A DNA stretch of 64,000 nt from Bugula neritina (Eukaryota > Animalia > Bryozoa): the NCBI GenBank assembly GCA_964035545.1, contig OZ037771.1:13763133-13827132 (forward strand), given 5' to 3'. Below, one piece after another: positions 33,571 to 47,200 of this stretch; position 1 is the first letter of the stretch, and each line of letters opens with the position of its first letter. The notes under the pieces are model-generated. The model had not been told where the DNA came from. It saw only the letters and a program-made list of their open reading frames with translations, and did no database searches. The translations under genes were made by a program, and so were the position numbers.

Positions 33571-36500
33571 GAGATTTTATACGATTCCGGAGTACCAGCA
33601 TCTACAACAGAGAACAGTGTGCAGTTCATACTACAGTGATACAGTGTGTAGTTAATACTACAGTGATACAGTGTGTAGTTCATACTACAGTGATACAGTG
33701 TGTAGTTCATACTACAGTGATACAGTGTGTAGTTCATACTACAGTGATACAGTGTGTAGTTCATACTACAGTGATACAGTGTGTAGTTAATACTACAGTG
33801 ATACAGTGTGTAGTTCATACTACAGTGATACAGTGTGTAGTTAATACTACAGTGATACAGTGTGTAGTTCATACTACAGTGATACAGTGTGTAGTTCATA
33901 CTACAGTGATACAGTGTGTAGTTGAGAGCAACTCTTTACAGCTGCACAACATTTGATGACATCACATATTGCACAGCATTTGATGACATTTGATGATTTT
34001 GACAATTGGTAAAACAATAAACCACTTCCCCGTAAAACTAATTTGGCAAACTGCAATTTTAATTGAGACTTACAAAAATGTCTTTGATTATTTTTTAAGC
34101 AATTTTCCCTTTAAAGAACTAAAAGTTAAACACAGAAAATAATACAGGCAGGCACAGACACAGTAAATTATGAATAGTAATGGAAAAGAAAACATGCATC
34201 ATTGCACAGAGAGAGAGTACTATACAAGAGAGAGTAACTCCTGAGAGAGTACTATACACGAGGGAGTAACTCCTGAGAAAGAGTACTATACATGAGGGAG
34301 TAACTCCTGAGAGAGTACTATACACGAGGGAGTAACTCCTAAGAGAGAGTATTATACATGAGAGAGTAACTCCTGAAAGAGAATACTATACAAGAGAGAG
34401 TAACTCCTAAGAGAGAGTACTATACATGAGGGAGTAACTCCTGAGAGAGTACTATACACGAGGGAGTAACTCCTGAGAAAGAGTACTATACATGAGGGAG
34501 TAACTCCTGAAAGAGAATACTATACAAGAGAGAGTAACTCCTAAGAGAGAGTACTATACATGAGGGAGTAACTCCTGAGAGAGTACTATACACGAGGGAG
34601 TAACTCCTGAGAAAGAGTACTATACATGAGGGAGTAACTCCTGAGAGAGATTACTATACACGAGGGAGTAACTCCTGGGAGATAGTACTATACACGAGGA
34701 AGTAACTCCTAAGAGAGAGTATTACACGAGGGAGTAACTCCTGAGAAAGAATACTATACATGAGGGAGCAGTACCTGCAGATCGTCTAGGCTCGGTGGGC
34801 TTTCTTCTCAGACTATGCCTTCCAAGGCTAACCTTTGAAACGGACTTAGTCATGGGAGGTCTGTCATTGGTTGGTCTCACCACTATTATAGGGTGTGGAA
34901 AACACAGCTTCTTTGGCTTTAGAAAGGAGAGATTCTTTTCTACGACTAACTTCAACTACAATAGCGAGTAATTATAGTGGGAACATCATTAACACAATGT
35001 CACTAAATGTATGTCACAGAGTTAGAACTTCCTTTTATAATACCAACAAAGTAACAGCTTTTACTGTATGATTCATACCAGCAAAGTTTTGGTCAAAGTC
35101 AGTTCATGAAATACAAGAAGCCAATATAAGCAGTTAATGTATGCAAATACGTTACACAGTGTAAGTACTACACAGTACATACGTACTACTATTCAATGTA
35201 AATACTGAATACTTACCATCACTTGGTACGTAATATCAATTTGTTCACAGTTGGTGGTGGGCGGAAGGGATTTCAAGGTGATTTCCGCAGAGAAGTTTTC
35301 TGTAGCCCGAGGTCCAACAGTCAACACCCCTGACCACGGGCCGAACTGCTCACGCTGCTGCTTATCTTTCATTTTAAACTGTTTAACTCCAAGGTTGAGG
35401 TAGCCATTCACCTTCGTACACTGCAACCAATGGTAATACTCTATAATCAACGCATGTTATGAGAACACAACTTTTTGATGCACACTTTTTCTGAGAGCAC
35501 AACTCCTGCTCATTAATATATACCTGAATGATATCGATTCCCACTTTCAGCTTAGCCGTAGAAGAACCCGAGTTGTAGATTTCCCCGGCTATGGTTGGAG
35601 TTTCGCCCAAAGAGAACCCTGTCTTGGCCAGCTGATAGCTGATACTGATATCTTTATAGTATTCCTGGTGGTCCAACGGCACCTACGACAGTGTGGTAAA
35701 TGTCAGCCCATAGTGTATTATATAACGGAGTTGTCTGCCCAGTAGAGGGGTTTATGAAAGTTATGCTTTATTTATCACAAGGCATAAGAACCATGGATAT
35801 TAGGGAGCAGCCATGGTCTAGGGGTTAGAGCGTTTGCCTAGTAAACACAAAGTCATGGGTTCGAACCCGACAAAGGCTATTAGTGATGTTAGGAAGAGCA
35901 TCCAGTCATAATTACTCCTGTGTCACATCTGAATAAGTCCTTAGCCAGATTTAAAAAACACTATCAAGGGTTTCTCACAGGGATAGTGACTATAAACTTG
36001 CGTGAGTGAGAGTTAAAAGAAACACTGATATTTAAGCAAAGTATCATGTTATAAGTACTTTCAAGACAATAAAGAAGCTCCCCGTGGTTGTAGTAACCTT
36101 TGGAACCAATTCACGTGATTCAAGTATGTTCCGGAAAACTCAAGATCAAAGTTGAACACCATACTCTGCATGTTCATGGCAATATAGTTTTCCATTGAAA
36201 AGTATTAAAAATCCCAGAGCAAATTTAAGCCAGGCAAAACTTGTAATAATAATTTTAACACCTTGAAATGTGCTAATAGCAATTAGATGTGCCAATAGCA
36301 ACTGAATATGCTAATAGAAACTAGATGTGCTAATAGCAACTCTCAGCTTGTGAGACAGAGTGAATAAAAGCTGTTAGAAAAAAGATATTTTCTCAAGTAT
36401 AACAATTGGTGACACATTTTAGAGTACAATGCTGGTGAGAAAAGTTTCAAGTTGACGGACCAATGAGATTGTGACAAGTGTAACTGCATACAAGTCTGAG

Positions 36501-39500
36501 AATTCTACACAGTGAACACCATGCAGGCACAAACTGACGTGTAAAATCATTACAATAAATCAGCAAAGTAAAAAAAGCATATATAGTTTGGTAGTAAGCT
36601 TCATGTATCTTTCACTAATTGCAACTCAAAGGTTGGCCACACAACATTTTCACAAATTGAGAGTTTTAAGAGCCTTGAATAAGCTGTGAAAATTTTACAA
36701 CCTAGACTGTTTGGTCTACCTATTCAGCCACAAAATCTCTTTGATAAGCTTTGAAATAAATCTGGAGTTGTCTTTTTTTCCCTAAAGCTGCGTTTATACC
36801 TCGGCTGAAAAACAGTGTTGAGTTTCAGTTAATAACACTGGTCCGAGTACCCATTTATAGTCAAACTGAAAAAATCAGTAAAATCATATTGATGCGGAAG
36901 CTTACTTTCTAAAAGTGAAATCTGACTGGCCTAATCGCTACTTGATGTCTTTTAAAAACATTGTGAATTAGTGAATTTGATAGCATAAAAGCGATAATTG
37001 AGAAGGCGTAGACGATATAATTATTAACATGTAAATACGTCATCTAATCACCAAAGTCATAATTTATTACCAATATTCACAAGGAGTTATTACTTCTTTT
37101 GAGTTTTATTCTGAACTCGGCCGATTAAGTTATCACAGTACTTAATAAAATTTTACGAGTGGCTTTTACAATGCAATGCAACTCAGAGAAATTTCAACCC
37201 GGTCAAATTGAATTTCTGACTGAAAATCGTGAAGGTATAAATGTAACTTTACTTTTGCAAAAAACTGACATTTACAATAATTGTGCAATAGCAAAGTACA
37301 TACAGTACATACAATCTAGTTTGCAGTATAATAAATTCAGTCAAAACTTGGAGTTATGCTCTCTCAGAATTACTCGTTTAGAAAAAACAACTCCAATCTA
37401 CGTCCAGCACTGAATATAACATACCTGGTATTCCTGCAGAGAGTTTTTATAGTTAGCATTGTCCTGGTAGACTAAGAACTCGTGCTGCACTGTCTTTATG
37501 TTATTTTTGAAGGCCCGTCTCACTATCTTTGCCTGCAAATTTATTTGGATATTTGGGCTACAGCAACCTCAATGCTAAATAGTAAACTTGTCATGGTTAA
37601 TTGTATACAAAAACTGTTTGAACACAACTACAATTAGCAATAAGGTGTGATTAGAGATGATGTCATAGAAGTGCTGCCAGCTGCCTTGCAAGCAACCACA
37701 ACCACAAATTAACTCTGCCCAGCTGTTATGTAAAGTGGAGTAGAGTGAATTCAACAAACTCTAGAAATTCGAACTGTAATTCACTTGCAGACTTCACATG
37801 TCTGTGAGTAAAAGAAGAACTTAGACCAAAAAATAGCCTATCAAAAAAACCTGTAATAGAACGATGAGCTGTTCGGGCAAGTTTAGACATGTCAGGCAAG
37901 ATTGGGCAAGTTGAACAAGACTGAACAAGTTACAGTCTTATGTTAAGGTTTGAACTAGACAACCAAGTTCTCAATATATAACAGTAACAGGTGTAGACAA
38001 CTGCAATTCTGAAACAGATATGGCAGAAGATGATCCAACTGAAACCATAATGATGTCATAAATAACAATTTCAAGGCTTTAATATTGCTATTGTGGAAGT
38101 TGCATTATTTTATATAACCAAACTTCTAATAAAATGAATTTAAACATCAGAAATTCAGAGTTTGACTGTCTTAAAAAGTCCTAAATAAACAATGCTAATT
38201 AATTTCAGTCTTGAAAATAAATGTTTTCAACCACAAACAATTCAACACGAGTCCTAAATAAGAATTAAAGCAAAACTATAATTTCTCATACATGAAAATC
38301 TAACACAATCTTGCTGTAAGGCCTGTTTAGAATATTGCAAGAGACTTTCATAAGAAATCTATCTGAAGCCCCTAGATGTATTGCATACCAGATTGTAGCC
38401 TCAGATTTATCCAGTCTCAAGTTGCATTTATGGGACGCTGTAGTAGCCCCTCCCCCCTCCACAAACTAGTTGCTAAGGCATGTGACCAACTCACCATGCA
38501 ATAGTACTTCACATAGTTAGCTTTACAAGTCACACTCGGGATGATTCCATCGGGCAAGTCTATGCTAACAGGAAGTCTATACGCATCAGTCCTGCGATCA
38601 ACCTTGAAATTCTTTGAAGTTTCTAGAAAATTAAGTAATGATGAGACATCCGGTAACTAAGATATATATTTCAACAGTTTCCTTTGTTTGAGGAAAAAAT
38701 TGTGTTTCAGTGTAAACTTCCCTAATGGGGAAAACCATTTTGCTGGTTTTGCCAGTTGCAACATGGAAATTCCCCGGACTTTGCATAATAAATTTGCATA
38801 TATTTTTGAGTGACATAATTTTAGCTTTGTTTTTGTGTATGAAATGGAACTGTACCTAGATTAAAATTATAATGGCTAATTGTAGAACAATAACTATCAT
38901 AAACTGGGTGAGTTGTTTTGAAGAAGTACAAGTGCATGCAAATGATATTACGATTTCATACATTGATCTATAAAAAGTATCAAATGTCACTACACTATAT
39001 TATACACAGCTAGCTATACCTTGTTATATTCACTACACTGTACACAGCTATGCCTTGCTATATACACTACACTGTACACAGCTATACCTTGCTATATTCA
39101 CTACACTGTACACAACTATACCTTGCTATATTCACTATACTATACACAGCTATACCTTGCTATATTCACTACACTGTACACAACTATACCTTGCTATATT
39201 CACTATACCATACACAGCTAGCTATACCTTGCTATATTCACTACACTGTACACAGCTATACCTTGCTATATTCACTACACTGTACACAGCTATGCCTTGT
39301 TATATTCACTACACTGTACACAGCTATACCCTGCTATATTCACTACACTGTACACAGCAATACCTTGCTATATTCACTACACTGTACACAGCTATACCTT
39401 GCTATATTCACTACACTGTACACAACTATACCTTGCTATATTCACTATACTATACACAGCTATACCTTGCTATATTCACTACACTGTACACAGCTATACC

Positions 39501-42121
39501 TTGCTATATTCACTATACTATACACAGCTATACCTTGCTATATTCACTACACTGTACACAGCTATACCTTGCTATATTCACTACACTGTACACAGCAACA
39601 CCTTGCTATATTCTAATCTACTTACTTGATCCAAGCAAGATTTTCTCTTCATGGAAGACTCTTTTGGTTGTGTTTCCCAGCTTGGCTACCCCCACACATT
39701 TGAATACCACCCCTGTAACACAATATACAAACATATGGAACACAGTCTACTGAGTGGTAATAGATCACAGGCTAAAAACAAGCATCAAGTGGAAAAGTTT
39801 ATTGAATTAATCATCAAGCACTCAAAACTTTTACTTATTATATAACAAAGACAATTAGCAGTGCAATCTATGCTCTTCCATATGCCAGCTGTCATCAACT
39901 GAAAGGACAGACAGACAGACTAACAGACAGGTGGTTGCTGACAAAAGACAAGCTGCTTTCTCCCAACACAAAGGTGAGAACTGACTGAATCAGCTGATAC
40001 AGCACCCACTCATGTCTAGAGAATCAAGTGTGTGTCTTTCATACTAAGAGTGCTGAGAGATCAAGGTTTGTATAGAGAAAGACAACTGCATTTAGTGAAG
40101 CAGGTTAAATCAGTCTTCAATTCATTGAATTAAAATCCCGAAGTTAAGTACATTTCCAGTGTGTTCAGCACTTTTCAAGATGTCAGTCAGGATAAATAGA
40201 TAAACAGCTTTTAGCTCATATCTGACTATATTGCAGCTTTTCAAGACTACAATTTCTAGCAAATCCACTATTTCAGTGTGTGAATATATTGACTAATAGA
40301 ATTATGAAATAAAATAGACTAAATCTTAACTACTTAAATGTGTCCAGTATCACTTGTGACTACATTGCGAAACCCAAGCACCACTTGTTACTATATAGTA
40401 ATAAACAAGCAACTTGCCACTTGCGACTAGCAACTTTCAGTTGGTGAATAATATAAAAAACATAAATTTGTGAAACTAATAAAAACTGCCCATCATAATG
40501 TAGACAATGTTGTAAGCAAGCCACATGTATTGAGTAGATAAGAGAGCTGTTTACAAAGGTGGCTGCAGGATTGCCTTATCAGTTTGACCTGGAGTTAGCT
40601 GAGTTCGTGTAGCGATGTTTGTATACTGTGATAGTATGAGTCAGAGAGACTAATAATATTATCATACTGAGTATATGACAGTTACTAGCAGCAAATTTCC
40701 TCCTTGTTTCTAGTCCAACATGTTGAACAGATGAACTCTGTCTGTGTGTCCACATGAATTCACTAAGATATGCATACTGTAATACGCTTATAGTATCAGT
40801 AATATATGTTTATAGTAACAGTAATATATGTTTATAGTAACAGTAATATATGTTTATAGTAACAGTCATATACAATTATATTAACAGTAATATATGCTTA
40901 TAGTAACAGAGTAATTGTAAACTATACTTATAGTGACAATAATATATTTACAGTAATAGTAATATTATATACTTACACTGACAGCAACATACATGTACAT
41001 AAAAAGACTTACTGTAACATAGCATACATGTACAGTGTAGGTAAAAAGACTTACTGTAACAGTTGATGGGCATCTTTGCAGTGAGCAAAACCTCAGCTGA
41101 AAACTGGTCACCAGTGAAGAATATGCCTTCCATGTTTCTCCCATGGGGAGAAGTGAAATGTATTTTCATTTCAACTTTTCCATGGCTAGAACTTATCCCA
41201 GCATCCTGTAAACATAGCTAGATATTTATTACTATATATAATTTATTACAATATTACTTTATTATATTGTAATATTAATTTATTATATTATTATATTGCA
41301 TCATGACATGATAATTATAATATAATAAAATATATGAATATAATGCAATAAAATCATACTTTATACGATTTTATTATAACAGTATATTATATTATAACAT
41401 TATATTGTATAATAGCATTATATTATATTATACTATGATACATTGTTTTAAGGGAACAGTCGTGGTCTAGGGGTTAGAGCGTTTGCCTAGTAAACACAAA
41501 GTTATGGGTTTGAGCCCGGACAAAGGCCATTGGTGATGTTAGGAAGAGCATCCAGTCATAATTGCTCCTGTGTCCCATATGAATAAGTTCTTAGCCAGCT
41601 TTAAAAAAAACCTTTTATATCAGAAGTTCTTACAAGGATGGTGACTATAAACTTGCTTGAGTTTGTATGATATATTGTTTTACTTTATTATAATCATTAA
41701 ACTTATGGTCTTATGTTCTTTTATTATACCGTCAAATCATGTTATTTTATTTTATTGTTATATTAAATTACTTTATTAGAATATTCAATTACAGTACTAC
41801 ATGACACTGCTATGCTATGGTATATCATGCTATATACAGTACATAGGAGCATGCTGTCATTTGCCTAAGCTCTACTTTATTACCTCACAACACAAAGATC
41901 TCTGTATAACAGAGACTACAAGTGACAACACACAATGGTTTGTTATTGCAAGTTGCAACATCATGTGAACTAACACTCTATCAAATTACTATTTTAATTC
42001 CATCAAAACAGTCAAAATTAGTTTCAAGGCAGTAAAAGCTATAAAATTATGTAATTCAATGTTACATATAAGTTGGATGTAAACTTACCGAAGGATGATG
42101 GTTGGGGTGAGATTGCATCAT
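33525..42121 (-). CDS. Alpha-arrestin (arrestin domain-containing protein, about 375 aa)
   Basis: Exons 42121-42089 (start exon least certain), 41205-41055, 39712-39626, 38622-38495, 37532-37425, 35682-35524, 35420-35217, 34955-34775, 33601-33525. GT-AG and phase-consistent (1128 nt). Arrestin_N/C hallmarks: IFFTGDQFSAEVLL, FKCVGVAK, LPDGIIPS..YVKYYCMAKIVR, LAKTGFSLGETPTIAGEIYNSGS, LPPTTNCEQIDITYQV, PIIV. Terminal PPCY (PPxY). Confidence 0.85.
33615..33922. repeat. 27-bp minisatellite (CAGTGATACAGTGTGTAGTTCATACTA)n
   Basis: About 11 near-identical units abutting the last arrestin acceptor. Confidence 0.97.
34208..34770. repeat. 32-34-bp minisatellite (GAGAGAGTACTATACACGAGGGAGTAACTCCT)n
   Basis: About 17 units, each with an internal GGAGT-A-ACTCC palindrome, abutting an arrestin donor at 34774. 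Confidence 0.97.
35803..36010 (+). mobile_element. tRNA-derived SINE family B (tRNA-Thr(AGT)-like head, about 210 bp)
   Basis: A box TGGTCTAGGGG, anticodon-like loop CTAGTAA, B box GGTTCGAACCC, body TGATGTTAGGAAGAGCATCCAGTCATAA. Second copy at 41452-41662. Confidence 0.85.
38990..39612. repeat. 34-bp minisatellite (CACAGCTATACCTTGCTATATTCACTACACTGTA)n
   Basis: About 18 units starting about 14 nt from the donor of arrestin exon 3. It explains the long repetitive plus-strand ORFs. Confidence 0.97.
41452..41662 (+). mobile_element. tRNA-derived SINE family B, second copy
   Basis: Collinear with 35803-36010 over its whole length. Confidence 0.85.
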
Positions 42122-44211
42122 CGTGTGAAATCAGAAATCTTATCTGTCTGCTACAATGACAATTGGATTCTAACTTGAACTCATACAGAGAGTGTGATAC
42201 TCCTACAGTTCTGATAGCAAAAACAGGTCCAAAGAGAAAGGAAATGGGGCTAGATCACTGCAACCAACTGCTGATTTAAAGCTATTGCTAATAACTGTCA
42301 AAGCTTGGCAAGTTTAGAGAAGCAAAATTTCCTGTCAATTGATGTATAATTTTAATTAAAAAACAAAATAGTTAAACAATGAATAAATTGAAGCTTTTCA
42401 GTTTCAGATTAATCACTGAATAAACTTTCACTGGTCAAGATTCTTACAAACGCCAAACTCAGAAGAAAATGTCAGAAATATTACTTGTTAAACAGTACAA
42501 TCTCACTACAGCTATTCCATTTACATCAAATAATATTAGAGACAACAGGAAGAAATGCTTGGATCATTTGTATTACCTATGCAGGCATATAGGAACGGTG
42601 AACAAAGGAACCTTTCCTATATTTCATAATGAATACTTATTTATGCAAGCTAGCGTTTATTTAGCCAAACATCACAACAGTTGAGTAAACAAAAAGTATT
42701 TGAAAGAATCTAATTTGTTGCATTACTTCTGCATGTTTAGATGAGTTATAGCAGTATTGTACTCTAATTTATGCAAACTATCTAACTCACATACACCAAA
42801 AATTGCTGTGAGCAAAGCTTTGGCTATTATTAGTAGTTCAAAATAGTAAAAACAGCGATTATTTTCTCTCAATTAGTTAATAAGACTAGGGCAAGAAGTA
42901 TATCTGTATATCTGTAAACCAATGCTTCATTTTAAGATTTCATAAGCGACAACATTTCGTATTCAAGTTTTGCTAAACAAATTTGCTCTCCATTTTACAT
43001 AAATTGTGATGTTCAAGTTTCGTTTTGAATTTTTTTTGTACATGAAGGAATTATTATTAAATTTAAAAAAGGGAATAATTAATGAGTCCCAAAACCTTCT
43101 TAAAAGTCTTATTCAAAATTTTAACATAGTCGGTGTACTATAGTACCTAATAAGAAATAACATATTTACATTGACATTATTGATATAAAATATCCTAATC
43201 AGTTAATCAGTACCATAATCATAATGATGCATCATTAACTTTATATTAGCTCTGAGAAGTAGTCATAGCAAATATATAATAATAACAATATCCCTAGAAC
43301 TATCATATACGGGGTGAAAGCAGTTCCTTATTTTTACACTTTAGAACAGCTATGAGGAATGAATTAACATTATGATTATGATAGTCATACTCATAGTTAC
43401 TCATTATCATACTCATAGTGAATGTGATAATAACTAAATAAGGGTGATACTCGACTAGCGCTGCATTTTAAATTATAATAACATTTTTAGTAATAGTTTG
43501 AATATGAATATAATTATAAAATAATAAATACTTAAATATTATTTATGATAAATAATATTATTATTAATATTATAATAATATTAATATCAATTAAATTATA
43601 AATTAAAATAATAATACAAGTTTAAAAGATATATCATACATTCGAAATAGCATTAATTCACAGTGTGTATTTATTTAACCAGTTCAAACCAAATATACGT
43701 GCAACTGCAGAATCTAAGTTTGCTATAACTAGTGAGCTACAATAGAGTTTGTTTTATAAATGTAAGTTTCAAACTGATTTTTCAAGCTTTCAGTTTTCCT
43801 CTATTGTTTCCTAATAATGTTTTGTAGATATAACACGTGTTTGTATTGATATATTTGGACTATGCTATTCGTCAAACTAAAACAAGACTTTTTGTTAATC
43901 AATTATATATTTCGGAAATATGAGTTATATTACGAATAATATCAAAGCTTTAAAAATGCGTTAACGTTTGATTTTTAGTTCGACTCGCTGCAAATAAACC
44001 ACGTTTCCACAAAATCTAATCGACAATTATATTTGGTGAATAGACAAATATTATAATACCTTAAACAAGTTTTTGTCCCAACACTCACGCTAAAGCAAAC
44101 TCTCAGACTATTCTAAATTTGCCGTCTACCATACGAAACATAGTATTTGTGTTTTGAATCATTTCTAGTAGTTATAGCAAATAAGTTTGCTCTTTTTCTT
44201 GCTATTAAGTA

Positions 44212-47200
44212 ATGTGGTACGAAATAATTCCCTCTATTGCTGTGGTAGGCACACTATTATGGCTTCCCCAACCTATAATGTGGGCCTGCAACAAACTCAC
44301 CATGAATGGTCATGTAAGTTTTGTCTCTAATTCTGAGAGTAAGTCTCACTGTGACTGTGAGTCACAATCACAATAGCAATAAGAATAATTGAATAACTAT
44401 TACAATTACTATTAGTAAATTATTACATTCACATTGAGTTTGACAGTTAGTGAATTAGTATCAGCATGACGTTGATTTTGATTCTAATTAATACTCTAAT
44501 ACTAATAGTAATACTAATAGTACTAGTTACAACTTATAATTTAAATTAATAATTATTAATTATACTTAATTTTTATTTATAGGATTACCTATACATTTAC
44601 ATTTACAGGCTATACTTCTACTTATAGTTATAGTTATAGTAATTGTAAAAGTAATTGTCACAGCTTTATTCTTTACTTTTAGTTTTATTTTTGGCAATTT
44701 TTTATAAGCTGGCCATTATTTCTTACCTCTAAGGGCTTAGTAAGATCAAGTCTAATTATAATATCGCATTTGAGTTTAACTTTATTGCTTACACTTACAG
44801 TTTGAGTTACTTTGTTACAGAATTTATACTACTGCAGTATTATAATTTAGTGATATCACTGGAACAATTTGAGTTCTTGTTGCTTTTATTACTTCTACTA
44901 GGACTAGTAGAAAAAATTGTAAAAATAACTGTAAAATCACAAAAGATGAAATGAAATTCAAATAGTTGAAGTTCAATAATGGTGATGATAATCACTCTAA
45001 TTGTGGTAATAAATTGATTATCGTTTTTTAATGCAGCTATTTTCTAGCTTATAAATTGAAATTTGCTAGTGATAGTTTGGGTATGCGAAGTTTCCCTCAT
45101 TTTAAAGCTTATTTATATTTTATTGTTTTTTTTCAATTAACATGAATATGTTAGGACTAATCGCTTAAAAGTTAAATGTTTAACTAAATAGTTTTAGTAA
45201 GAAACTCAGATTTGATTAAAGCCACCTGAAAATGCTCATAGAAACTTTTAATAAAGTTATGGAAAGTTTTGGAGCTCAAGTTACTCCCTGGCATTGAGCT
45301 ACTCATGTTGCTCTCTCCTATGTCATAGCTATCTATAGCTCAGATGGGATTTTCAAAGGAAAATGTATTTTAAGATAAAATCAAGAAATGCATACTCAAA
45401 AACTTATAAAAGTTATTTCTTTATGAAAAATTTTAGTTAATAGGCTCAACAATGTTTCATGTTTAAAGTAAAATTCACAGGCAAGTTATTGTTTCAGCCA
45501 CACTTGGTAGAATATTTCTGCATAATCTAATGTATGATGTAATATCATTCAATCCTAAGCCTTATACCATTCCTTCAATAACTTTTGTTGATAATTCATT
45601 TTTATTTTCCACATCATCTTTAGGAACTATGTAAAAGCCTATCATATTCTATATAATATTGTTGATATCACATTAATGTTCACTAGATATTGTGTTGTCA
45701 GTATACAGCTTAACACATGGAATACATTCTTAAAATGAATTAATGGAATACAATTAGTCTAATCTAAATTAATTACATTTAATATTCAATAATTGTGTTG
45801 TTTACTGTTGCAGGTACGGTCGAGGGACTGGTGCATTGACGCCCATAACCATAATTTGTTCTATCGAGATTATAGGCTAACTGGGAATAATTATGTAGTA
45901 AATGTAAGCTCATCATATTGCATAACCCATGTCACACTTTCATATGCTGCCATCTGCTGCCTTTGGTTGTTAATTTGTCAATCTACCTTTTAATAGTAAT
46001 TGCTATATATAATCAAGTAATTACTATAATGAATAAATAGTTGATTATGTCATGAGTTGACAACTTCCATCCTGATAGTATTTACTCTTAGAACAAAAAA
46101 TGTCTTTATAATTGATATATATTACATAATTGATTCGAAATAGCAAATGTTAAAAGCTAAAGCACATTTTGATTGATTTTGAAAAATCTGTTCGTTTATT
46201 GAGTATAATAAAATTGTATCATAAGTTTCTGCAGGGTATCACAACCTCCCAGCCACCACCTCAATGTGTTTGGAATTTTCTCATCTTTTTACCCAGTTTT
46301 CTGTAGCTTATCCATTTACATATTTGGGTATTCCAATACAATATGTAATAGAGTGTAAATGACTTACACCTTGTATAAATACTTTGAATGGCCTTTCATG
46401 TAAATAATTCAACAGAGTTTTGACTTTTTTCCAATTTTGTTCTTGCCTACTTATATTCTAGCTAGTATTTACACTGAATTTCACAACGGTTTTCATGTGT
46501 GTGATATGTAATAAATCAATCAATCAACTCCTAGGTTTTACAAAAGGTTTCTTTTCAGTAATGTCAGGAGTTGTCTGCCTTATTTGAGTTGAATAATATT
46601 ACAATAGCTCATCTAAAGTATTGATTTGGTAAGAATGACAAGTGTTAAAACTGACTTCAAATAATTTATTTGCCCAATTGACATTGTGTTGCAGTAGTTT
46701 TAAAGTCGCACATCTTTTTTGTCGAATCAAAGTTAAACATCGTAAGCATCCAGGTTATTTTGATAAAATCAATTACTGTTAATTAAAAGATCATACTTTT
46801 TTAGTAGCATTCACAAAATATATACAAAAAATCTCAACTCAATATACCAGAAAAAATGAATTAAAATATATGTGTTAATAGCACTGATATTGACGTGACC
46901 GTGGCACATGAAAAAGCTGAAAAAAGAGTTGTCTTCTTTTTTTCTATATTAATATATAGAGCTTGTCGTGAAAATAAAGATTTTTTTAAAAAAATATTGT
47001 GACCCTCTGGTAACTTCCTGAATTTAGAAAATTAGCTCATATATTTCTTTTCATGTGGACAACAGCTCACTTTTTTTTAAATTTATTTTGAAGCTCTTTT
47101 CGTAAAAAATAATCAAAAGTAAAAAATCCAAAATTTTTACAAATTGGTTCGGGGTTTGACGTGAAAGGCATTTGGACGAAGATGTCAAGGTCACCATTAA

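Noticed and set aside
33615-39753. 27-34-bp repeat arrays of CRISPR-like unit length, one with an internal palindrome, and their long ORFs
   Set aside because: Head-to-tail units with no unique spacers, no cas genes, located in eukaryotic introns. The ORFs merely reflect stop-free repeat units.
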